From: a virus
Direction: 5' to 3' (one strand)
Virus record (IMG/VR): IMGVR_UViG_3300008055_000251
DNA: 64,000 nucleotides
Positions within the stretch are counted from its first letter, which is position 1. The number at the start of each line of letters is the position of its first letter. The notes beneath the pieces were generated by a model, which was not told the origin of the DNA, made no database searches, and was given only the letters and a program-made list of their open reading frames with translations. Both the position numbers and the translations under genes were made by a program. Below are positions 16,007 to 25,021 of this stretch, piece by piece.

Positions 16007-17959
16007 ATGCCGACGCTGACTACTGAGAGTGTGAAGAAAGTCCTCGATGCTGTGGACTTCGCCGTTGTCCATGGCCCGCAAGATGCCAGGCTCGTGGCGA
16101 TTTGGATTCGGCAGAACGCAGTTGCCGCAACGGCTCTTGGCGTTGACACAGAAACAACGGGCCTTGATCCACATGCCAATCGAGTGCGGTTGATTCAGAT
16201 CGCATCTAAAGAATCCGTTCTGATTGTTGATCTCGATGGGTTCCGTCGTGGCGAGAGTCGCTACGTGGATTGGTGTGCAGCAGGACTTCGTGAATTGGCG
16301 GAGCTGCTTGAGGGACCGAAGCTCAAGGTGCTGCAAAATGCTGCATTTGACCTGAACTTCCTGATGGGAGAAGGCATCGTCCTCGGTGGGCCGATCTTTG
16401 ACACGATGGTTGCAGCGAAAGTAATCAATAATGGTAGTGGTGTTAAAAACGACTTAGGTGCGATCGTTAGGCGCAATCTCAATTACGAGCTTCCCAAAGA
16501 GCTGCAGAAAGCGAACTGGGCGGGTGAGATTACTGCTGAGATGTTCGAGTACGGCGCTCGTGACGCGCTCTGTTTGCCGTGGTTGGCAGATCTGCTGGCA
16601 ACGGCCCTGAAGAAGAGCCGTGTTCCGAGTGGAAAGCTGTTGTGGGAGGTGTTCGCACTCGAGATGAAGGTGCTCCGGCCCATTGCCCTGATGCAGTGGC
16701 ATGGGTTCGGGTTCGACAAGGAGGCTGCGATCAAGCTCCGGGACACCCTGCATGAGAACTCCGAAGCGCTCAAGATCGTTTTGCTGGAGCACCTCGACGC
16801 GGAGATCAGGCGACTCAATCCGAACGAGCCGCAGATTTGGCTGCCGCGTTACGAAGGCACGAACGAGTTCAACACCCAGGAGAAGGACACAGGCTCGGTG
16901 CGGCTTGGGACCAAGAAAAAGAAAGGCTTCAACCCGAGGTCGACTGATCAGATGGTCGTTCGCATGACGCAGGCTGGCATCAAGCTCAGGCCCAATGAGA
17001 AGGGAAAGCTGAGCCTTGATCAGAACCTGTTGGCATTTCTAAGGAAGACTAATCCGTTGATTGATGAGTATCTGATCTGGAAGGAGTCAGTGACTCAGGT
17101 CACACAGATCGAGAAGCTCATCGAGTCCGTGGGTGCGGACGGCAGGATTCACTGCAATTATAGACAAATGGGTACGGATACAGGACGGCTGAGCGCGGCT
17201 TCTCCGAATCTGCAACAGGTGAATCGCTCGGCAGATTTCCGCAGCAAGTTTGTTGCCGCTCTCGGGAAAGTCCTTGTGGTGGCTGACTTCTCGCAGATCG
17301 AGCTGCGTGTAGCGGCCGAGCTAAGCGGTGAGAAGATTATGATTCAAGCGTATGCAGATGGGAGGGACTTGCACACAGAGACGGCGGCCAGGCTGAAGGG
17401 AGTGGATCAAGACAAAGTGACTAAAAATGATAGAACTTCTGCAAAAATTGCTAACTTCGGATTGCTCTATGGAGCGGGTCCGGCCACCCTCAGGAAGCAA
17501 GCAGTCGCTCAGTACGGTGTGGATATGACACCAACGGAAGCGAAGGAAATCGTTGACGGTTTCCGCGAGGCGTACCCACGTCTTTATGACTGGCAGCAGG
17601 AAGAGGGCACGTCCGAAATCGAGTGCGTTTACACCGCTATTGGACGTAGGCGCCAGCTTCATGGGTTCAACGATAAGTACACAACGCGGATCAACACTCA
17701 GGTGCAAGGCACAGCTGGTGATATTGCCAAGATTGCTATCGGTAAAATCTGGGAGAAATTACGTGGTGTTCCTGCTGATACGGCAAAGCTCATCTCAATG
17801 GTGCACGATGAAATCGTCTTAGAGGTACAGGAAGAAGAGGCTGAGCATTGGGCTACTGCCTTGAAGGAAGCGATGGAGTCTGCAGGAGCTGAGGTTTGTC
17901 AGCAAGTGCCGATCGTCGCTGAGGTGTCATGGGGCAAAACTTGGGCTGATGCCAAATAG
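16007..17959 (+). CDS. polA: family A DNA polymerase with 3'-5' exonuclease
   Basis: ExoI VDTETTG, ExoII NAAFD, ExoIII YGARD; motif A ADFSQIELR, motif B RTSAKIANFGLLYG, motif C VHDEI. Confidence 0.97.
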   Translation: MPTLTTESVKKVLDAVDFAVVHGPQDARLVAIWIRQNAVAATALGVDTETTGLDPHANRVRLIQIASKESVLIVDLDGFRRGESRYVDWCAAGLRELAELLEGPKLKVLQNAAFDLNFLMGEGIVLGGPIFDTMVAAKVINNGSGVKNDLGAIVRRNLNYELPKELQKANWAGEITAEMFEYGARDALCLPWLADLLATALKKSRVPSGKLLWEVFALEMKVLRPIALMQWHGFGFDKEAAIKLRDTLHENSEALKIVLLEHLDAEIRRLNPNEPQIWLPRYEGTNEFNTQEKDTGSVRLGTKKKKGFNPRSTDQMVVRMTQAGIKLRPNEKGKLSLDQNLLAFLRKTNPLIDEYLIWKESVTQVTQIEKLIESVGADGRIHCNYRQMGTDTGRLSAASPNLQQVNRSADFRSKFVAALGKVLVVADFSQIELRVAAELSGEKIMIQAYADGRDLHTETAARLKGVDQDKVTKNDRTSAKIANFGLLYGAGPATLRKQAVAQYGVDMTPTEAKEIVDGFREAYPRLYDWQQEEGTSEIECVYTAIGRRRQLHGFNDKYTTRINTQVQGTAGDIAKIAIGKIWEKLRGVPADTAKLISMVHDEIVLEVQEEEAEHWATALKEAMESAGAEVCQQVPIVAEVSWGKTWADAK

Positions 17960-18015
17960 CCGCTTTCCTTTTGCTGACACCCTCCCTAACCTGGTTAGTC
18001 CATTTCTCTATCCCA

Positions 18016-18402
18016 ATGCTGACTGGAGCGGACCTGATCGCCTTCGTCAAAGAAAACGACGGTATGAACCAGATGGAGCTTGCTCGTGGTGCGGGTTATC
18101 TCCGCGTTACTAAGACAGGCCGTGAGCAGGTACTTGTCAAGCAGTTCTACAACTCGCTGCTTGCTGCTAAAGGCATGCCTATTCCCCTGGGGCGTACTCC
18201 GGGCAAAAGTGCGCAGTTTGCGACCTCGGTGCACAAGTCTGGTGTGATCCTGCTGGGCAAGACCTACTCGGAGAAGTTCGGCCTCAACCCGGGAGACGAG
18301 CTCGAGATTCTTCTCGAGGAGGACTGCATCAAGCTGGTGCCCCTGCCTGTGCAGCCTGCAGCAACACCTGTGATCAAGAAGGTCGTCCTGACTGCGGCTT
18401 GA
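18016..18402 (+). CDS. cyanobacterial-type AbrB-like transcriptional regulator
   Basis: MLTGADL...ARGAGY...FYNSLLAAKG...SVHKSGVILLGKTYSEKFGLNPGDELEI pattern of cyAbrB proteins. Confidence 0.85.
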   Translation: MLTGADLIAFVKENDGMNQMELARGAGYLRVTKTGREQVLVKQFYNSLLAAKGMPIPLGRTPGKSAQFATSVHKSGVILLGKTYSEKFGLNPGDELEILLEEDCIKLVPLPVQPAATPVIKKVVLTAA

Positions 18403-18403
18403 T

Positions 18404-18622
18404 TTGAGCGCGTCAGAGGCCCGGGCTCGGTATTTGCGGAAGCTCGTCCACATTGCAGAGAAGCTGCCGAACGGGTTGCTTCAACGCCTGGTGGATGACG
18501 CTCAGTTCTTTGAGGACTGGAACCTCCGCAAGCGCCGGGCTCGGGCTTCCGCGCGTTTGGCGCAATACAAAGGGTGGGAGGTCAAGGCCGAGGAGCGCTA
18601 CTGGAAGGGCGTTCGGCGCTGA
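18404..18622 (+). CDS. small basic hypothetical protein
   Basis: 72 aa ORF starting 1 nt after the AbrB stop. Confidence 0.6.
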   Translation: MSASEARARYLRKLVHIAEKLPNGLLQRLVDDAQFFEDWNLRKRRARASARLAQYKGWEVKAEERYWKGVRR

Positions 18623-18716
18623 CCTGGAAGGGACGCTCCGCAGACGCCCCCTAGATTGGTTGGGCCTGCGGTGCAACCACACCCAGGCCCCGGATCACCC
18701 AAGTCGCAAAGCGATC

Positions 18717-19463
18717 ATGAGTATTCAAGCGCTTCAGAGCCGTTCGTGGAATGGCACCCCCATCACGCGGCGCTCGACGGATGGGTACGTGAACGCCACT
18801 TCCATGTGCAAGGCCAATGGCAAGCGGTGGTCGGACTTCCGCGAGTCTGTGGCGGCCGCTTCCTACATGGAGGCTCTGTCCCGAAAAACGGGAATCCCGG
18901 TTTACGACCTTGTAGTCTCAAAGCAAGGCGAGGGTACGTGGATCCACCCGGACCTTGCAACGGAGCTGGCCCGCTGGATTAGCGCCGACTTTTCGGTGTT
19001 TGTCAATCAGTGGTTTCGCGAAGAGTTGGAGGCCCGAGTTCGGGATCCTCAACCCACGCTCGTAGCTCTTCCTGTGGAAGTCATGCTCACCACGCTGGAG
19101 CGGGCTGCGATCCTCATGGAGCAGTTCGGCGGGCTCGACGATCGGGATCAGCTGCTGTTCCGGGATCTGACACGCAACACCGTCCTGCGCGCTGCAGGCT
19201 CGACTATCGCGTTGCCCCCAGCTCCCGAGGATGAGGAGTTGACGCTCTCGGATGCCTGGCTGGAAGTGACGGGTTCGCCTCTGCCCCGACGGGATGGTCC
19301 GGGGGTCGGTCGTCTGGTTGCAGCGCTCTACCGGGAGGAGTTCGATAAGGAGCCGCCGACTCGGACGCAGTACGTCGATGGTGCCCCTCGTCAGGTCAAG
19401 AGCTACAAGCGGGGTTGGCTGGTAGAAGCTGTCAAAGCCGTGTGGAGCCGCGTCAGCGCCTGA
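18717..19463 (+). CDS. KilA-N domain DNA-binding protein (antirepressor-like)
   Basis: ITRRSTDGYVNATSMCKANGKRWSDF...GTWIHPDLATELARWISADFSVFV. Confidence 0.9.
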   Translation: MSIQALQSRSWNGTPITRRSTDGYVNATSMCKANGKRWSDFRESVAAASYMEALSRKTGIPVYDLVVSKQGEGTWIHPDLATELARWISADFSVFVNQWFREELEARVRDPQPTLVALPVEVMLTTLERAAILMEQFGGLDDRDQLLFRDLTRNTVLRAAGSTIALPPAPEDEELTLSDAWLEVTGSPLPRRDGPGVGRLVAALYREEFDKEPPTRTQYVDGAPRQVKSYKRGWLVEAVKAVWSRVSA

Positions 19464-19534
19464 CCAGTCCGCTATCGGGTGGAGCTCCAACCAAGACGTG
19501 AATACGCTAGTCTTCGCGTAGATGCGCGTGAGTC

Positions 19535-19807
19535 GTGACTGCCGACATCGGGGTTGTCATTCTTCAGGAGCTCCGCTCCATCAGCCAGCGTCTCGAGCAG
19601 TTAGAGCAAGCTCTGCCGGCTGTCGATCGCACCTGGCTGACGCCTACTGAGATGAGCAAGCTCTGCGGTGTGACTCCTCGGACACTGCAGAGCTATGTCT
19701 CAAGCGGTCGCTTGGGGCAAGCCAGCTTCAAGCGAGAAGCCCGGGGTAAGACGTTCAACTACCGGTACCACCGCGAGTTGGCCTTGCGTGATCTTGGGCT
19801 CCGCTGA
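19535..19807 (+). CDS. putative excisionase / recombination directionality factor
   Basis: WLTPTEMSKLCGVTPRTLQSY winged-HTH; convergent with and abutting the integrase. Confidence 0.7.
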   Translation: MTADIGVVILQELRSISQRLEQLEQALPAVDRTWLTPTEMSKLCGVTPRTLQSYVSSGRLGQASFKREARGKTFNYRYHRELALRDLGLR

Positions 19808-19809
19808 GC

Positions 19810-20940
19810 TCAATCGGCCTCGGTTGCCATGGCGGTTCGAAGGTCTGCGGCTTGGATATGGCGGTGGTAGGTCTGCTCGTGGACCGTGGCGCTGTGGCCC
19901 ATTGCTCGGGCGCAGAGCGTCAGGCGTTTTCCGCCCTCGATGCTGCGGATTGCCCAGCGGTGGCGCAGGTCGTACAGGTCGAACTCGGAGAGGTGCGCTT
20001 CGATGATCGGGCGGATCTCCTGCGAACGACGACTGTGGCGCCAGGAGTCGACGAATTTCTTCCCGAGGGCGGAGTTGTACTCGTCAGGTTGAGTCCAGCG
20101 AGTCCCACAAGGGATTGAGATGTTTTGAAGGTCAAAGCGTGTGATCCATGCGCGCGGTAGCGCGAAACAGGTGCGTTTGGCAGGAGCGCGGTTGCGGCGT
20201 TTGATCGTGAGGCACTCGGCTGTTCCGTCCTCGTGGAGCACGAGCGATGGGACTTCGGCAGGGCGGCATCCGAAGGTTGCCAGAGCGGCGTAGCACCAGC
20301 CCCACTTCGTCGGGCGGAGAGCGTCGAGTAGAGCGAGGATCGCTTCGTCCTCGGGGATGGTGCGGTCGGCGGGTTCGTAGTTGCCCTTGAGAGCGGAGAG
20401 CTCTTCGAGGTTGCCGGGGATTCCCTGGTGTTTCGCGAGGCGCTTGAAGACTTTGCAGCACTCGAGGCGTGTGCGAGTGCCGGGGGGTGTTGCAGCGGCG
20501 GTTCTTAAAAGTTGCTGAAGTGTGCAGGGTGCCCTGGGCGGGAGGCGCCGGAGCTCCAGGGAGATGCGAGACCAAGTGCGCTCCGAAGCCGGGGTGCGTG
20601 GGCGCACTTGCCAGTAATGGGTCTCGAAGGCGTGGATCGCTGCGGCGCAGCTCAAGGGTGCGTCAGGGCGCTCCGCTGGGGTGTGGACCGGTGTGGACCA
20701 CGGAAGATTCGGGGGATAGGAGCCCTTCGTGATGGCTTCCTGTAACTGAAGGCAACGAAGCTCGGCCGTGACCAAGCTCGTCGGGACGGCGGGGAGATCC
20801 AGTGAGATCCGTTTGCGCTTGCGGGTTCCGTCGTCCTCGGGGAAGGTTCCTCGCACGACAAGCGCCTGGCGGCGTTGCTCGATCAGCATCCGGAGCCCCC
20901 GAGAACGGAGGTTTTCGTTCACAGGAGCCAGGTCAAGCAT
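19810..20940 (-). CDS. int: tyrosine recombinase (phage integrase)
   Basis: ATFGCRPAEV (catalytic R), TIKRR (K), YDLRHRWAIR (HxxW variant of HxxR box), MGHSATVHEQTYHRHI (H and catalytic Y); next to attP. Confidence 0.92.
   Translation of the reverse strand: MLDLAPVNENLRSRGLRMLIEQRRQALVVRGTFPEDDGTRKRKRISLDLPAVPTSLVTAELRCLQLQEAITKGSYPPNLPWSTPVHTPAERPDAPLSCAAAIHAFETHYWQVRPRTPASERTWSRISLELRRLPPRAPCTLQQLLRTAAATPPGTRTRLECCKVFKRLAKHQGIPGNLEELSALKGNYEPADRTIPEDEAILALLDALRPTKWGWCYAALATFGCRPAEVPSLVLHEDGTAECLTIKRRNRAPAKRTCFALPRAWITRFDLQNISIPCGTRWTQPDEYNSALGKKFVDSWRHSRRSQEIRPIIEAHLSEFDLYDLRHRWAIRSIEGGKRLTLCARAMGHSATVHEQTYHRHIQAADLRTAMATEAD
20681..20700 (+). repeat. tandem GTGTGGACC pair inside the integrase gene
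   Basis: GTGTGGACCG GTGTGGACCA, same core as the attP arm repeats. Confidence 0.6.
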
Positions 20941-20944
20941 GAGC

Positions 20945-20962
20945 GTGGACCATTTGTGGACC
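20945..20962 (+). repeat. attP arm-type repeat (left) GTGGACCATTTGTGGACC
   Basis: 18 bp identical to 21188-21205; itself a tandem GTGGACC pair; 4 nt upstream of the int start. Confidence 0.85.
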
Positions 20963-21072
20963 ACTTTCCCACGCGCAACGGTGCGAATCAACGCGAGAGC
21001 CCCTGGGAGAGGTGCTGCCCTCGGAGGTTTGAAAAGCTTGTTGGGGCCTGTGATTTCAGGCCCTGGTTGGAA

Positions 21073-21129
21073 CGGAGAGGGTGGGATTCGAACCCACGGA
21101 GGCTTTCACCTCGCCGGTTTTCAAGACCG
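21073..21129 (-). other. attP core: 3' portion of tRNA-Ser(UGA)
   Basis: Minus strand CGGTCTTGAAAACCG (anticodon TGA), long variable arm GCGAGGTGAAAGCCTCC, T arm GTGGGTTCGAATCCCAC, acceptor 3' strand CCTCTCCG; no D arm or 5' acceptor strand upstream. Confidence 0.9.
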
Positions 21130-21187
21130 TCTGATATATCCCGAGAACCCTTGCGATAGCTGATCTCGTTTTTCTGAAGCGAAGAAT

Positions 21188-21205
21188 GTGGACCATTTGT
21201 GGACC
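21188..21205 (+). repeat. attP arm-type repeat (right) GTGGACCATTTGTGGACC
   Basis: 18 bp identical to 20945-20962. Confidence 0.85.
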
Positions 21206-21233
21206 GTTAGCCTGGTTCATAGGCACCATGCGC

Positions 21234-22385
21234 ATGGCCGGCAGCAAGGCAAAGAGCTACCCCAATACCTGGCAGGGGGTGGTGCAGGCTGCGAAGGATG
21301 CAGGAGCGAAGTGGGTCCAGCTTGTTGCGGCGCAGTGGGCGTTGGAGTCGGGCTATGGGAAACACACCAGCGGCAGGAACAACTACTTCGGGCTGAAGGG
21401 GGCGGGCACGACCCGGATGACCACCGAATACGTCAACGGCGCCAGGGTTCACATCGAAGCGGACTTCCTGGACTTTCCCGACCTCGGGGCTTGCGTCCGC
21501 TATCTCGTGACCCGGTGGTACAAGGACTGGGACAAGTACGAGGGGGTGGATCGGGCTCCGACGCTCGAGGCGGCAGCTAAGGAGCTGGTCAAGCAGAGCT
21601 ACGCGACGGATCCGGCCTACGCGGAGAAGTTGCTGCGCATCTGCGACGAGAACGAAGCGAAGGCGGAAAAGCCGGCCACGCCCGTGGTCAAGGCCAACCC
21701 CAAGCCGATCCTGTATCGCATCGAGGCGGTGCAGGCGACATGGCTGAAGAAAGAGCCGGTGCAAGCAGCCGAGCTCGGGGAGAAGGAGAAGGTGTACTGC
21801 CCGAAGGGGCGGGATTATGCAGTCGTTGCATACTCCGAGGTTGCTGCTGATGGCCACGCTCGGGTGGAGTTGGCCTCAGGCGGTGGGACTTGGTTCCTGT
21901 TTGAGCCGCACTGGCGGAAGGTAATCGGCTCGGGCGAAGCGATGCGGGCAGAGGTCGACTGGAGTGACTTCAACTGTCTGGTGACGCCCAACCTCAGCGT
22001 GGGGGAGATCCTGCAGTTCGACAAGCGCCGTGTGCCCGGGCCGGCGGCTTCGGTGCGGACGCGACTGCTGCGAACTGCTGCAGAATTTCAGCGGGTGCGG
22101 GAAGCGTGGGGTCGGCCGCTCGGGGTGACGTCCTTCTACAGACCAGAACCGATCAATGGCCTGGTCGGCGGAGTGCCGGGCTCGAGGCATGTCACCGGAG
22201 AGGCGTTTGACATCTACCCAGTAGACCGGAGCTTGGAGAGCTTCTACCAGTGGATCCGTACTCGGTGGACTGGCGGTTTGGGGGATGGGCGGTCTCGTGG
22301 ATTTGTGCACCTCGACACACGAGGTGGTGGTGGAGGCTTTGTGCCGGGTTCGGGCGCCAGGCCAGCGGCTGAATGGCTGTATTGA
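21234..22385 (+). CDS. endolysin: N-terminal glucosaminidase plus C-terminal peptidase M15-type domain
   Basis: AAQWALESGYG...NNYFGLKG...YATDPAY (GH73-like); FYRPEPIN...VGG...SRHVTGEAFDI...FVHLD (M15 zinc peptidase). Confidence 0.9.
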   Translation: MAGSKAKSYPNTWQGVVQAAKDAGAKWVQLVAAQWALESGYGKHTSGRNNYFGLKGAGTTRMTTEYVNGARVHIEADFLDFPDLGACVRYLVTRWYKDWDKYEGVDRAPTLEAAAKELVKQSYATDPAYAEKLLRICDENEAKAEKPATPVVKANPKPILYRIEAVQATWLKKEPVQAAELGEKEKVYCPKGRDYAVVAYSEVAADGHARVELASGGGTWFLFEPHWRKVIGSGEAMRAEVDWSDFNCLVTPNLSVGEILQFDKRRVPGPAASVRTRLLRTAAEFQRVREAWGRPLGVTSFYRPEPINGLVGGVPGSRHVTGEAFDIYPVDRSLESFYQWIRTRWTGGLGDGRSRGFVHLDTRGGGGGFVPGSGARPAAEWLY

Positions 22386-22415
22386 CTAGATAAATATCAC
22401 GCTTAATTATCAAGG

Positions 22416-22643
22416 TTAAGTAGAGACGGATTGTTGCAACAGCGCTACCAGCGCCGCCTTCTGCTCTTCCGTCAAGCTGGCTAGAGGATCACCAGGCTCT
22501 GGCTGGGGCTCTAGGTGAAACGGATAGAGATTGTCGGGGTCCGCTACGGCAGTGCATCCATCTGGCGGTCGCCACTCAGATTCACCATCCCAAAGAATGC
22601 GATTGATGCACTTGCCGTCTTCATTCAAGATTGCATACTGCAT
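22416..22643 (-). CDS. small tail-fibre-associated protein
   Basis: MQYAILNEDGKCINRILWDG pattern following a Gly-rich fibre gene. Confidence 0.6.
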   Translation of the reverse strand: MQYAILNEDGKCINRILWDGESEWRPPDGCTAVADPDNLYPFHLEPQPEPGDPLASLTEEQKAALVALLQQSVST

Positions 22644-22645
22644 GG

Positions 22646-23620
22646 TTACCAACTCCAAACACGAACAACACCTCCGCCTCCAGCGCCTCCAGCGCCAGAG
22701 TTGGTTCCATTCACGGAAGCACCTCCACCGCCGCCTCCACCACCGGGGAAGGCACCATCACCCCCTGTCTTACCAGCGCCGCTTCCTCCTCCTCCTCCGC
22801 CATCTCCATAAGTGGGACCCATTGCACCACTTGTAGCGCCGCTGCCACCGGTGCCTCCACCACCTGTTGTGCTATTTCCAAATGTATTATTTTTTTGATG
22901 AGCAAAGCCCTGGCCACCATCTCCTCCAGTATTAAGGGCGTTAGTTGTCCCAAGTCCGCCCCCACCGCCTCCGCCTGCAGGACCTAAATTAGACCTTAAT
23001 CCACTATTACCAGTGGCTCCTACGCTGCCGCCACTTCCGGCCGAACCATAGATAGGCTCAGCAGAGCCGTAAGAACTTGCTGCACCGCCTCCACCGCCTG
23101 CTGTGGTGCCTCCATTTCCGTTATTACCGGGTGCGGCCAATACTAAAGAGCCAAAAGAAGAGCCACCTCCACCCGAGCCTGTAGTCCCGTTTGTTGATGC
23201 AGTTGTTACCGCAGCTCCTCCGGCGCCACCAGCGCCAACGGTAACAGTTTCGGTTGATCCCACAGTAGACGCGGGCATATAACGACTTACCCAAAGACCA
23301 CCTGCGCCGCCACCGCCGCCACCTCTACTTGTGCCAGAAGAACCCTGTCGCCCTGAACCGCCGCCACCTCCACCGCCTACACATTCAACGTAAACAAAAG
23401 TTATACCAGTTGGCTTTGTCCAGGTTCCACTGCTTGTAAATTCTTGGTAGTTGGGGGCGACGCCACCTGTACTTGGCCCAACTTGAATCATCGAGCCATT
23501 CGCGTCTTTGACGTATAACTTGCCGTTGGTTTTGTCCCAAGCGGGTTCGCCTACGTCAAAGTCACCTGCGCTAGGCGCGGTGGTGCCGTTGCGCAAGAGA
23601 ATTTTGGCGTTACGAGGCAT
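22646..23620 (-). CDS. glycine-rich tail fibre/structural protein
   Basis: N-terminal GEPAWDKTNGKLYV, FTSSGTWTKP, extensive GGGGG repeats. Confidence 0.8.
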   Translation of the reverse strand: MPRNAKILLRNGTTAPSAGDFDVGEPAWDKTNGKLYVKDANGSMIQVGPSTGGVAPNYQEFTSSGTWTKPTGITFVYVECVGGGGGGGSGRQGSSGTSRGGGGGGAGGLWVSRYMPASTVGSTETVTVGAGGAGGAAVTTASTNGTTGSGGGGSSFGSLVLAAPGNNGNGGTTAGGGGGAASSYGSAEPIYGSAGSGGSVGATGNSGLRSNLGPAGGGGGGGLGTTNALNTGGDGGQGFAHQKNNTFGNSTTGGGGTGGSGATSGAMGPTYGDGGGGGGSGAGKTGGDGAFPGGGGGGGGASVNGTNSGAGGAGGGGVVRVWSW

Positions 23621-23621
23621 A

Positions 23622-24077
23622 TCAGAAGGTGCCGCCGTCTACGGTATTGACCGCAATAGTCACAAAGCCATTGCCGCTATCTTTTGTCCAACTTAGGCTG
23701 CTATTGAGACGAATCACGCCATCGGTACCATCGGTGCCGTAGATGTAGCCGGCGGTGCCACCGCTCACCACAGCAACCTTTTCGTCGGTGCTGGCTGCAG
23801 GAATGTTGAGTGCTGTCTTAAAGGCATTAAAGGTGATCTTCTTCTCTTTCTGTGCCGATCCCTCACTGGCATCATGCATCAAGATCAGATCAGATGCACC
23901 ATCAACGCTGGCAAGCGTGGCCAGGTCATCAACGGCAGGAACAACCGGCAGCTTGGTTGTTGCGTCAGTTGCGACGTGCAGCGTGCCGCGGTCGGTGGTT
24001 ATGTGAGGCTCTCCTACCAGCATTCCGCTGGTGGGCAGGTTGGCCTTCAGGCCGCGCTTTAGTTGAAGGCGAGCCAT
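23622..24077 (-). CDS. tail-associated structural protein
   Basis: MARLQLKRG...GEPHITTDRGTLHV, N-terminus similar to that of the downstream fibre; ends VDGGTF. Confidence 0.7.
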   Translation of the reverse strand: MARLQLKRGLKANLPTSGMLVGEPHITTDRGTLHVATDATTKLPVVPAVDDLATLASVDGASDLILMHDASEGSAQKEKKITFNAFKTALNIPAASTDEKVAVVSGGTAGYIYGTDGTDGVIRLNSSLSWTKDSGNGFVTIAVNTVDGGTF

Positions 24078-24082
24078 GTCAG

Positions 24083-24337
24083 TTAGTTGAACGTTCCTCC
24101 GTCAAGTGTAGCGATCCAGCTTGAGTCGTAATTTGCGTTTGTGTTTTTCATGAGAACGCTTCCTGTGTCACCACCAGTCGGTAATGCGCCAGCTTGAATA
24201 CCGGAAGGGCCTTGAGGGCCTGCAGTGACGATTTCGACGGTAGCGGTTGCTCCCGGGGCTTGTACGAGCGTAAAAGCGCCTGATGTTTCGGTTATTTCGA
24301 CGAACGCCGTTGTCGTTGTGGCGACGACTGTGGTCAT
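24083..24337 (-). CDS. small tail-associated protein
   Basis: GPQGPSG collagen-like triplets, LPTGGDTGSVLMK, ends LDGGTFN. Confidence 0.65.
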   Translation of the reverse strand: MTTVVATTTTAFVEITETSGAFTLVQAPGATATVEIVTAGPQGPSGIQAGALPTGGDTGSVLMKNTNANYDSSWIATLDGGTFN

Positions 24338-24672
24338 GGTGCTGTGTATCCTTGTTCTGCCACTATTCCGCCTTCTAAATAGTACTCTCTTTCACCTAGT
24401 GTATTGACGAGTAGTACATCATAGACAGTTTGATCAGGAAGCGTTTCTGTAGTTGCTGCAGGTAACGACATAGCGATTTTACCGGCAGCGCGGTCTGTAT
24501 ATGTGATTGTGAAATCAGCGTATTTGTTGCTACGGGCTTGATCCCAAATCTGGGAGTAGACGCTCCACCCTGCGAGGTTGATCGCGGCTTTATTGCTGTC
24601 GAGGAAGCGCAGTTGAACGCTGTAATCAGCGCGACGTTGCAACCTGATGTTGTAAACCCCGGGCTGGATCAT
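24334..24672 (-). CDS. tail/baseplate-associated protein
   Basis: QRRADY...INLAGWSVYSQIW...YDVLL...YYLEG pattern common in phage tail regions. Confidence 0.7.
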   Translation of the reverse strand: MIQPGVYNIRLQRRADYSVQLRFLDSNKAAINLAGWSVYSQIWDQARSNKYADFTITYTDRAAGKIAMSLPAATTETLPDQTVYDVLLVNTLGEREYYLEGGIVAEQGYTAP

Positions 24673-24708
24673 TTGCGAGTCCTCCTGGGGCAGTTTACCG
24701 AGCTCGGA

Positions 24709-25017
24709 TTAGCGAGGGGCGTTGCGAAGGACGGCTTTGATGGGGGAATAAAGCGCGACGACCTGATCGATTTGGCGGGCGGTGGCGGGGTTGCCTGTGG
24801 CTTGGGCAATGGAGGCGGCGATCTCGGCAGTCATGACTTCGGGATCGGCGGTGCGGAGCAGCGTTGGCATCTCGTCGTCCAGGCGCTCGTAGATGTAGGG
24901 AAGCGCTTGGCGGAGGGAGCGGTCGATCACAGCCTTGGCGAGGGGTTTGATCACGGCCTCGGTGAGACCAGCGCAGAGGAAGGCGACGAGGCCGTCGATC
25001 AGGGTGCGCGGTGACAT
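24709..25017 (-). CDS. putative membrane-anchored lysis accessory protein
   Basis: N-terminal hydrophobic LIDGLVAFLCAGLTEAVIKPL; within a cluster of small membrane genes. Confidence 0.55.
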   Translation of the reverse strand: MSPRTLIDGLVAFLCAGLTEAVIKPLAKAVIDRSLRQALPYIYERLDDEMPTLLRTADPEVMTAEIAASIAQATGNPATARQIDQVVALYSPIKAVLRNAPR

Positions 25018-25021
25018 GAGC

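Noticed and set aside
15983-16336. Full 192 aa version of the minus-strand ORF 15758-16336
   Set aside because: The upstream part is antisense to the polA exonuclease domain and looks like shadow; only the ATG-15982 portion has a coherent family-like pattern, although an N-terminal extension cannot be excluded
21073-21160. Intact tRNA-Ser gene
   Set aside because: No D arm or 5' acceptor strand upstream of the anticodon stem; it is an attP fragment
22515-22811. Proline-rich plus-strand ORF
   Set aside because: Reverse complement of Gly codons in the glycine-rich fibre gene
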